64,000 nt of DNA from Gammaproteobacteria bacterium (lineage in GTDB: Bacteria > Pseudomonadota > Gammaproteobacteria > Eutrophobiales > Eutrophobiaceae). Shown one piece after another: positions 55,067 through 62,722 of this stretch. Location: the NCBI GenBank assembly GCA_012103475.1, contig WLWS01000002.1, positions 618,081 to 682,080 of the forward strand. Direction: 5' to 3'. The first letter of the stretch is position 1. Each line of letters opens with the position of its first letter. The position numbers were made by a program, and so were the translations under genes. Below the pieces are notes generated by a model. That model was not told the DNA's origin and searched no databases. It saw nothing but the letters and a program-made list of their open reading frames with translations.

Positions 55067-56089
55067 TTAGTACCCACCTATTCGTTCAATTAACCAAAAA
55101 GATGCCAGACTACCGATGGCATAAGCGCTTATTCGTTGCAGCCCTTCCTGTGCGTTCGTCAGCACTCGTCGGACAAAACTCATTACCAATAAAGCCAGTG
55201 CCACAAAAGCCAGTTGCCCGGCTTCGACGCCCAGATTAAACATTAGAAGTGCCAAAGGAATTTCACTTTCCGGCAAGCCAATCTCTGACAAACCTCCGGC
55301 AAAACCCAGTCCGTGAACCAGACCGAATATCGCCGCCACCAGCCAGGGAATGCGCCTGCTCAATCCTGCTTGCGTATCAGCCACAATCTCGCGAGCCAGA
55401 AAGACAATGCTAAGCGCAATAACGGCCTCGACAGGCGCAGAAGGTACATGTACATAACCCAGTATTGCTGCCGCGAGCGTGACACTGTGTGCAAGGGTAA
55501 AGGCGGTGATGGTTTTCAGCAGATTCATCAGACCCTGAATCAACAGCAGTAAACCGAGTACAAAAACCAGATGATCAATACCGCCTGCAATATGTTCAAG
55601 GCCGAGTCTGAAATAGTAAGGCGCGATACTCTTAATTTCGGCACTTGTTCTGGTAAAGTCAAAATCCGGATTCTTCCGATTCAGAACCTGCGTTCGTAAC
55701 TCGCCATGTTCATTTTCAAATCGCATGAGCACATCACTAATCACATTATTCAGACCTTCTATACTGACCTTTCCTGTGCTTAACAAAGATGAGTCACAAG
55801 TGAGCTGCCAACGCTCATGCATGACAGCATTCATTTCAAGCTTTGTTCTGTTGCCCAGAATTTCACATGATTCTGGAAAAACAGGATGGATGGCCAGCAC
55901 CCTTCCATCTCGTATGGGGCGGGTCCAGTTGATGTTCAATCTGCCTGTAGGGTTTTCCTTGACTTCAAGATAGGCCGGTCTTGCTTCATGAGCCCCGCTG
56001 TATTGTGGTAAAAACAGGTTCAGGAAAAGCACAAGAGAAAGCCATAACTTCGGCGATAACAAAAATCTCTGGGGCAAAAATGTAGTCAT
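55067..56089 (-). CDS. HupE/UreJ-family membrane protein with an N-terminal periplasmic domain
   Basis: 340 aa. Signal peptide ending in AHEARPAYLEV, then GLEHIAGGIDHLVFVLGLLLL and further TM helices. Confidence 0.7.
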   Translation of the reverse strand: MTTFLPQRFLLSPKLWLSLVLFLNLFLPQYSGAHEARPAYLEVKENPTGRLNINWTRPIRDGRVLAIHPVFPESCEILGNRTKLEMNAVMHERWQLTCDSSLLSTGKVSIEGLNNVISDVLMRFENEHGELRTQVLNRKNPDFDFTRTSAEIKSIAPYYFRLGLEHIAGGIDHLVFVLGLLLLIQGLMNLLKTITAFTLAHSVTLAAAILGYVHVPSAPVEAVIALSIVFLAREIVADTQAGLSRRIPWLVAAIFGLVHGLGFAGGLSEIGLPESEIPLALLMFNLGVEAGQLAFVALALLVMSFVRRVLTNAQEGLQRISAYAIGSLASFWLIERIGGY

Positions 56090-56940
56090 CAGTTCTCAGG
56101 CAGGGAAGTATTTATTCTGACTTGATAAGTCTCTCGCAAGGCCTGATAGCTCTCGTCCTTCAGTTTTTGAAGACTTTCCCGGGTTAAATCGTTATAAACT
56201 TTATCCTTCACTGCAGCGAAAGCAGGAACATGAGCAGGCTGGATACTGTGAATTCTGATTAAATGCGCACCGTATTCAGACAGAAGAGGTCCTTGCCACT
56301 TGGCAGCAGGAAGTTCAAACAAATCTTTTGCAAAACTCTCTCCGAATATTCTTGCTACCTGGTCGACTGAACGCAGGTTATAGTCATACTGCAATATGAA
56401 ATTATCGCCCTGCTCTGCAAGTCTGGAACTAGATTCAGACTGCTTTATCTCCTCTAACAAACGACTTGCATCATCAAGCATCCTCTCACCACGTCTGTCC
56501 CGGCTAAAGTAAATATGAGTAAAGCTGCGTTTTTCCTCAATGGCATACTGTTTTGAGTTTTCGTCATAATAAGCAAGTAACGAGCTTTCATCGGGAATTC
56601 TTAACTGCGCGAGATTAGAGGAAAGAAATTCCATTTTCTGGACCAGACGGCGGCGAATAATAGTGTCGTTGATATCCAGACCAAGTCGCGATGCTTCCCT
56701 GAACATCACTTCCTGATACACCAGTGATTCAATCAATTCAGAAAGTGTGTCCTGATTCGCTTCCTCACCATGTTGCCTTAGCCATTGTTCCTGTAAGCCC
56801 TCGATATCTTGTGTGCTGATGCTTATCACATCATCATTCGTCCTATCGCTATCAGATCTTGTCAACTCATACAGGACAAAAAGCAAGGTCCCGATAACAA
56901 GAAAGTGAAAAAAAGGCTCCCGAAGTATTTTAGAGATCAT
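56089..56940 (-). CDS. Membrane-anchored parvulin/rotamase-like peptidyl-prolyl isomerase family protein
   Basis: 283 aa. N-terminal TM anchor and a SurA-N/PpiC-like pattern. One-nt overlap with the HupE gene. Confidence 0.55.
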   Translation of the reverse strand: MISKILREPFFHFLVIGTLLFVLYELTRSDSDRTNDDVISISTQDIEGLQEQWLRQHGEEANQDTLSELIESLVYQEVMFREASRLGLDINDTIIRRRLVQKMEFLSSNLAQLRIPDESSLLAYYDENSKQYAIEEKRSFTHIYFSRDRRGERMLDDASRLLEEIKQSESSSRLAEQGDNFILQYDYNLRSVDQVARIFGESFAKDLFELPAAKWQGPLLSEYGAHLIRIHSIQPAHVPAFAAVKDKVYNDLTRESLQKLKDESYQALRETYQVRINTSLPEN

Positions 56941-56964
56941 AACTGGATAGCTTCTGCTTTATGG

Positions 56965-58311
56965 CTACTCATAAACCAGTAGACTGCTGATACTGATTGC
57001 TTTACCACTTGAGCCCGGATAGCTTTCACCACGGACTTTCAAAGTCAATTCATGCTTACCCTCGGCCAGATCGAAACGATGCCACAAGCCTTCCTGCGGC
57101 TTGGCATTGTCTTCGTCTGAATACACATCCACAGTTTGTATGAGTTTGTTATCCAGCAGCACATCAAGCTTACCCCCGTCTGGCAGGAGAATACCTTTAA
57201 TAACAACACCACTACCCTCAAAAGCGATTGTCGCCTTCGCACCTTCCGTCTCACTGATCATGCTTTCATGTGTATAACGCCAGATTTTCATTGGACTGGC
57301 TCGCCATTGTCCCTGCCACTGCCAACGTTGATCCGTAAAAGGGATCTCCTCCTTCACTGAAGCGAGAGCCATAGAGTATTGTAAGTCAGCTGCTTTTGCT
57401 TTCTGAACAGGCACATATACATTCTTCTCGTCAGCATGGCCTCCTTCCTGTCTGACTAAATTCAGCGCCCGACGAAAACTGCTGTCAACAATGTCATTAT
57501 ATGAATAAGACGTATAAGAGAATTTCTTATCGGCAATTGATTCCAGAGCGCTGGTAAACTTGGGCGGAATGCCATCAAAACCCAGAACCACGCCGAGAAT
57601 ACCGAGTGCATTAGAAGGATTACAATCAGAATCCTGACCGGCACGAGTACTGATTAGCATTGTCTGCTCGAAGTCCCCTTTGCCGTAGAGCAGACCCAAA
57701 GCAACATAAGCTCCGTTTATGCTGGCGTCGATATTAAAAGGCTGTAACACGCCTTCCGGGCACATCTCTCCCCGGTTCCATTTATCGTGAATACGTTGCC
57801 AGTTAAGTTGCCAGTCTTCAGGGTATTCCTGCCACCAGGCAACTACATCTGCTATCAAACTGGCGTAGTCACTTTCAGGTGGTAAGACTGCAAGCCCGGC
57901 TTTAACAATATCAACAGGTTCATTCGAAAAAAAGGCCGACGCGTACATGGCACTGATAAACATTCCACCGTAAATACCGTCGCCGTGATTCACTACGCGT
58001 CCGGCTCTCAGCGCAAGTTCATTACTGGCCGCAGGCAGACCCGGACTCATCAAGCCAATAAAGTCTGACTCGATCTGAAAATCGATATCGTGAGCGTGTA
58101 TATTGTATTGAGGTAAACCACTCAGCGTGGCCGGCACACCCCGGCGTAAGGCACGGCGAGCGGCAAGATTCGCATGCCAGAGTGGGTATTCAGCCTCTTT
58201 TAAAAGCGCCGCAAAGTCCTCTGAACTTGCCTGTAAACCATGTTCATCAAGAACCTGGGCAAAGGTAATATCAACATAGAGATCATCCTGACTGAGCGCG
58301 GTTTCAATCAT
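56965..58311 (-). CDS. ADP-ribosylglycohydrolase-family protein with a C-terminal beta-sandwich-like extension
   Basis: GQDSDCNPSNALGILG matches the C-terminal metal motif (GGDTDT type) of the ARH family. I prefer the ATG at 58311 (ATGATTGA overlap with the deaminase stop). I did not see the N-terminal GDAxG-type motif. Confidence 0.65.
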   Translation of the reverse strand: MIETALSQDDLYVDITFAQVLDEHGLQASSEDFAALLKEAEYPLWHANLAARRALRRGVPATLSGLPQYNIHAHDIDFQIESDFIGLMSPGLPAASNELALRAGRVVNHGDGIYGGMFISAMYASAFFSNEPVDIVKAGLAVLPPESDYASLIADVVAWWQEYPEDWQLNWQRIHDKWNRGEMCPEGVLQPFNIDASINGAYVALGLLYGKGDFEQTMLISTRAGQDSDCNPSNALGILGVVLGFDGIPPKFTSALESIADKKFSYTSYSYNDIVDSSFRRALNLVRQEGGHADEKNVYVPVQKAKAADLQYSMALASVKEEIPFTDQRWQWQGQWRASPMKIWRYTHESMISETEGAKATIAFEGSGVVIKGILLPDGGKLDVLLDNKLIQTVDVYSDEDNAKPQEGLWHRFDLAEGKHELTLKVRGESYPGSSGKAISISSLLVYE

Positions 58312-59644
58312 CTCGGCCTGCCAGAAAACTGTAGCTAAGCGCATTACGGGAATACATTTTCAATTCCTCGTAACCGAGATCGTAGGTTTCTACTGCGCGC
58401 TGATATTCGTGACTCAGATCTATACGCGACACACCTTCGTCATCAGTCGAAAAAGCCATTGGTACGCCATATTTCCGGTAGGCCGGAAAGGGATGATTCT
58501 GGTTTTTAACACCGAGAATAACATCGTTACTGGTCAGATTGATTTCCACCATGACTTTTTCCTTTGCCATTGCCTGCATAAGCTGCAGCGACTCGCTGTC
58601 ATAAGTGACATCTATGCCATGACCAATACGGCGTGCACCGGCAATTTCTATTGCTTCACGAATATGCCAGCCCAAATCCTCCGGTGGCACCAGACCCATT
58701 GTCAATTCACCGGCATGAAGAGTAATGCCCTTTTTAGCCACCGGAATCAAATCAGCCAACTCTCCAATCATTTGCATCTGCCAATGGTAGTCTCGAAGGG
58801 CCACTGGATTATCTTCCGGAGCAACGAAATTCAGGCCAACTATGCGCGGATCCTGTTCAATTAACTTAAAGGCAAGTAAGGTCTGCGCAAGCACTTGATC
58901 ACGTGGAAAAACCCTGATCACCTGAGCAAGGTAGCGTACCGGTACATCACAACCAGACTTAGCCTGAGCGGTCTCACAGGAGAGTTTCTCACGCCATTGC
59001 TGCTCAATCTTGTCCAAATTGCTGATAGTCGCTGTCACAAGTTGTTTCACAGCGGAATTGGCAAGAAGATCGTCAAAAGATGTCTCAATCTCAAAGGCCT
59101 TGTCATTCTTTGCCAGCTCCCGCGCCTCCGTCATACCCCATGACTGCATAAGTTCGAGATAGACAATATTTTGTTTTGCAGCCCGCGTAGTGACTTCCGC
59201 CAGCATATGACCTTCATGACCAATCCCGGCAGGAAAGAAACGCCTGAAGGTGGAAAAAAACTGATTGTGTCCGGATACAGGGCGTCGCTCATAATTTCGA
59301 ACCGACAGAGCGTCGATAATTCGATTAACGATATCCGCGTTATTTTGTATGTCTTTCAAGGCCGGTCTAGCCAGTTCGGCATCACAGGGTGGCATTAATA
59401 TATGGTAAGTCTGCAGATCAATACACTTACCGTCCATTGCACCCCAGGCAATAAAATTTTCTGCGTAGATTGCACCGTCAAGATGATTATGTAAGTCGCC
59501 TCCTTTGGGAAACTTAAACATAAAGTTCCTCAACAAAGCAGGTTCACTCCTTATCTTTTCGAAGTACCTTTTTGCCTGCCGTTCACCCGCGACAGACAGG
59601 TTTGGTAAAAGCAGTAAACATAACAGAAGAATATTTAGTCTCAT
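58304..59644 (-). CDS. Secreted adenosine deaminase-family protein
   Basis: Motifs GDLHNHLDG, HAGE and STDDEG. The ATG at 59644 gives the signal peptide MRLNILLLCLLLLPNLSVAG and avoids overlap with the upstream gene. The track start at 59746 is unlikely. Confidence 0.8.
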   Translation of the reverse strand: MRLNILLLCLLLLPNLSVAGERQAKRYFEKIRSEPALLRNFMFKFPKGGDLHNHLDGAIYAENFIAWGAMDGKCIDLQTYHILMPPCDAELARPALKDIQNNADIVNRIIDALSVRNYERRPVSGHNQFFSTFRRFFPAGIGHEGHMLAEVTTRAAKQNIVYLELMQSWGMTEARELAKNDKAFEIETSFDDLLANSAVKQLVTATISNLDKIEQQWREKLSCETAQAKSGCDVPVRYLAQVIRVFPRDQVLAQTLLAFKLIEQDPRIVGLNFVAPEDNPVALRDYHWQMQMIGELADLIPVAKKGITLHAGELTMGLVPPEDLGWHIREAIEIAGARRIGHGIDVTYDSESLQLMQAMAKEKVMVEINLTSNDVILGVKNQNHPFPAYRKYGVPMAFSTDDEGVSRIDLSHEYQRAVETYDLGYEELKMYSRNALSYSFLAGRDD

Positions 59645-59648
59645 CGTA

Positions 59649-60656
59649 TTATCCCGATCCGGTAAGCAGACTGACCAGATGCTTTTCAAAAGCAGGTTTA
59701 TCTTTCCACGCACTTGCACAACGCACCATGCGTCCGTTTTCCTCATCTATTACTGTAAAACCCTCATCGTTAACACGCAGAGGCAGATTCTCCATATGCA
59801 GATAATCTTCAGTTTGTAGAAGATGTACTGCAAGCGTGTCAAACAGAGTGGAACTCATTTTTTCAAAATCCGGCAAAGGATCGAGCCAGGTAACTTTCGG
59901 TAGCCATAGACGATAGTTGTCCATCAGTATTTTCATCCAGTCATCCTTGCTGGAGTAGATTTTCTGATAATCGTCACCCTTCAGCTTTATCAAGCCACAG
60001 GTATCAAGCGGGGTGATAGTGCATTCCCACGGCGCGGCGAAAACTTCCTGCAAAGACTGCGGGTCTACTTTCACATTCCATTCTGCCGCCGGTTTTTCTT
60101 CACCGTCATAGCCAATACGAATCGAACCATACATTCCGACGAAACGTGCATTTCCGGCAATCGCGGGTTGCCGCCGCAGCGCTTCGGCAACATTCATAAG
60201 TGGTCCGATACAAAGTAGAGTGACCGGTTCCGGGGAAGACATAATGGAATCAATCAAAGCCTGAACTCCATCTTCGTGAACTTTTCCCGGATAACTTTCC
60301 AGCTGGTAGTCACCCAGCCAGACACTCTGGTTGCCGGGTTTATCCTCTGGATCCAGTCCGATTCCAAGTGGAATATCGTCCTTTCCCAGACTCTGCAGGA
60401 GTTTTGCCAGCAAGCGGGTACGATAACGGGTATTCCCAAAATCTGTGGTAATGAGCCGGAGATCAATGTTCTGCATTCGTAATAGCATCATCAAAGCCCA
60501 GGTATCGTCGATATCATCACCGATGTCCGTGTCCAGAATAAGCGGCAGGGCATGCGAAGACGTGTTTTCTTCAGCCAGACTGCCCCGCGAAAAAGCCGGG
60601 GCGGAAGATAGGATTGCTAAAGCGATTTTATGAAAATGTCTTCTGCTCAGTTTCAT
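59649..60656 (-). CDS. Nucleoside hydrolase (IU-NH family) with a twin-arginine signal peptide
   Basis: 335 aa. SRRHFHKIALAILSSAPAF is a Tat-type signal, and DTDIGDDIDDTWAL is the N-terminal Asp cluster of nucleoside hydrolases. Confidence 0.85.
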   Translation of the reverse strand: MKLSRRHFHKIALAILSSAPAFSRGSLAEENTSSHALPLILDTDIGDDIDDTWALMMLLRMQNIDLRLITTDFGNTRYRTRLLAKLLQSLGKDDIPLGIGLDPEDKPGNQSVWLGDYQLESYPGKVHEDGVQALIDSIMSSPEPVTLLCIGPLMNVAEALRRQPAIAGNARFVGMYGSIRIGYDGEEKPAAEWNVKVDPQSLQEVFAAPWECTITPLDTCGLIKLKGDDYQKIYSSKDDWMKILMDNYRLWLPKVTWLDPLPDFEKMSSTLFDTLAVHLLQTEDYLHMENLPLRVNDEGFTVIDEENGRMVRCASAWKDKPAFEKHLVSLLTGSG

Positions 60657-60791
60657 TGGAGTTCAATTCAAAATCTATATCAATATGGACAGGAGTAATA
60701 TAAACCAAGCATAATTGGATGAATAGTTATAATAAAAATTCAGGCAATCTTTGATGTCACAGCGCCATTCCCTCAATACACACAACTATTC

Positions 60792-61724
60792 ATGAAACCA
60801 CGTATCTGTGTCATCGGCAGTAGTAACTGGGACATGAGCATGCAACTTCCCAGTCTACCTTCGGCTAAAGAAACGGTCAGCGGCGGTACATGTAGCTTCT
60901 GCCTGGGAGGAAAAGGGGCCAATCAAGCCGTGGCCGCGGCTCGTGCCGGCGCTGAGGTGATTTTCATTTCCTGTGTCGGTTCTGATCAAACCGGCAGAGA
61001 AGTTTTGCGGGAGCTTGAACGAAATAACATCAGTCCTGAAGGAATAATCACCAGTGAGCTCAGCGAAACCGGTAAAGCTATGATTTTTGTTGACCGCCTG
61101 GGAGAAAATTGTATTGGTGTGGCTGACGGCGCCAATGCTGATTTAAGCCCTGATAAATTACGTAAATATGATGAACAGATAAGTCAGGCGGATGTCGTCC
61201 TGCTGCAAATGGAAATTCCCATAGAGACGGTCAGAGCTGCCGCAAGCAGATCTTTCAAAAACGGACAGAAGGTGATACTCAACCCTGCCCCCGCTACCAA
61301 CTTCGATAAAAACCTGCTCGCTCACGTTTCCATTTTCACACCGAATCAGGTCGAAATGGAGCAGATTTCCGAGAGCAGGCTCGACGACGAACTTTCCTTG
61401 AAAAAAGCGGCTCTGGCCTTACTCGATCAGGGACCAGAGGCTGTTATTGTTACTCTCGGCGAGGCTGGCGTGTATCTGGTTTCTGCCCACCAGCAAATAC
61501 GGCTGCCGGCTTTCAGCGTAGTCGTCAAAGACACTACCGCGGCGGGCGATGTTTTCAACGGGGCATTGGCTTTTGCCATCGCTGAAGATATGCAAATTGA
61601 TGATGCGGTAGAATTTGCTATGGCAGCGGCGGCCATCTCCGTTCAGAGTGCCGGTGCCATACCTTCTGTGCCCGCTCATAAGGAAATTGAAAAATTACTT
61701 GCCGCACAAATTAAACGTCATTAG
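60792..61724 (+). CDS. rbsK: Ribokinase
   Basis: 310 aa. GGKGANQAVAAARAG and DTTAAGDVFNGAL. Confidence 0.9.
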   Translation: MKPRICVIGSSNWDMSMQLPSLPSAKETVSGGTCSFCLGGKGANQAVAAARAGAEVIFISCVGSDQTGREVLRELERNNISPEGIITSELSETGKAMIFVDRLGENCIGVADGANADLSPDKLRKYDEQISQADVVLLQMEIPIETVRAAASRSFKNGQKVILNPAPATNFDKNLLAHVSIFTPNQVEMEQISESRLDDELSLKKAALALLDQGPEAVIVTLGEAGVYLVSAHQQIRLPAFSVVVKDTTAAGDVFNGALAFAIAEDMQIDDAVEFAMAAAAISVQSAGAIPSVPAHKEIEKLLAAQIKRH

Positions 61725-61727
61725 ATA

Positions 61728-62722
61728 ATGAAAATCATGTTGAAGCGTCCTGTACTGAAAATAATATTATCGGCCTTGTTATTACTTGCTATTACTGCCT
61801 GCGAGCAGGAAAAATCGCAGGAAAATGCCTCCCCGGCCAAACCACGAATTGCATTAGTCATGAAATCTCTGGCGAACGAATTTTTTATCAATATGGCTGA
61901 GGGCGCAAAAAGTCACCAGAGCAAAAATCAAGACGATTATGAACTGTTGATTAATGGCATTAAGGATGAAAGCGATCTCACGCAGCAGGTTGCTCTGGTA
62001 GAACAAATGATCGCCAGTCAGGTCGATGCCATAGTTATCGCTCCCGCAGATTCGCAAGCCCTGGTGCCGGTATTAAAACGTGCCCGCAAAGCGGGTATTG
62101 TCGTTATCAATATTGACAACAAACTGGATAAAGAGGTACTGAAAGATGTCGGGATTAAAGTTCCTTTTGTCGGTCCTGACAATCGCGAAGGTGCAAGAGA
62201 AGTAGGCGATTATCTGGCCGCCTCGCTGTCAAATAAGGATAAAGTCGCCATTATAGGTGGCATCAGTACCGCGTTTAATGCGCAACAAAGACAACTAGGT
62301 TTTGAGGATGCCATGCAGGCGGCTGGAATGACTGTTGTCAGCATTCAGTCGGGCGAATGGCAACAGGCCAGGGCCAGTGTGGTGGCAGCGGCGCTGATAA
62401 ACGAACATCCCGATTTGAAAGCACTTTTATGTAGCAACGACAATATGTATGTAGCAACGACAATATGGCAATCGGTGCGGCAGCAGCGGTCAGGCAGGCC
62501 GGCAAAAGTGATGATATCCTGGTGGTCGGCTTTGATAACATCAGCGCCAGTCACGACTTACTGCGTAAAGGTAGCATGCTTGCAACCGCGGACCAGTATG
62601 GTGCTAAACTCGCTGTGTTTGGTATTGAACACGCCTTGAAAGTGTTAAGTGGAGAAGGTCTGCCAGACGATCTAAAAACACCGGTTGATCTGGTGACAGT
62701 CAATAATCTGATTAGCCCCTGA
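61728..62722 (+). pseudogene. rbsB: Ribose-type ABC transporter periplasmic binding lipoprotein, frameshifted by a 20-bp tandem duplication
   Basis: Track ORFs 61728..62639 and 62465..62722 are the two halves. Deleting one 20-bp copy restores ...ALLCSNDNMAIGAAAAVRQAGKSDDILVVGFDN..., the canonical NDxMAxGA region of RbsB-type proteins. Lipobox ITAC. Confidence 0.8.
62428..62467. repeat. Perfect 2 x 20-bp tandem duplication (TATGTAGCAACGACAATATG) inside rbsB
   Basis: Read directly: 62428-62447 is identical to 62448-62467. Confidence 0.95.

Noticed and set aside
59645-59746. Upstream extension of the adenosine deaminase ORF (MRKTDAWCVVQVRGK...)
   Set aside because: It would overlap the 3' end of the nucleoside hydrolase gene by about 100 nt and bury the signal peptide. 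The internal ATG at 59644 gives a canonical signal sequence.
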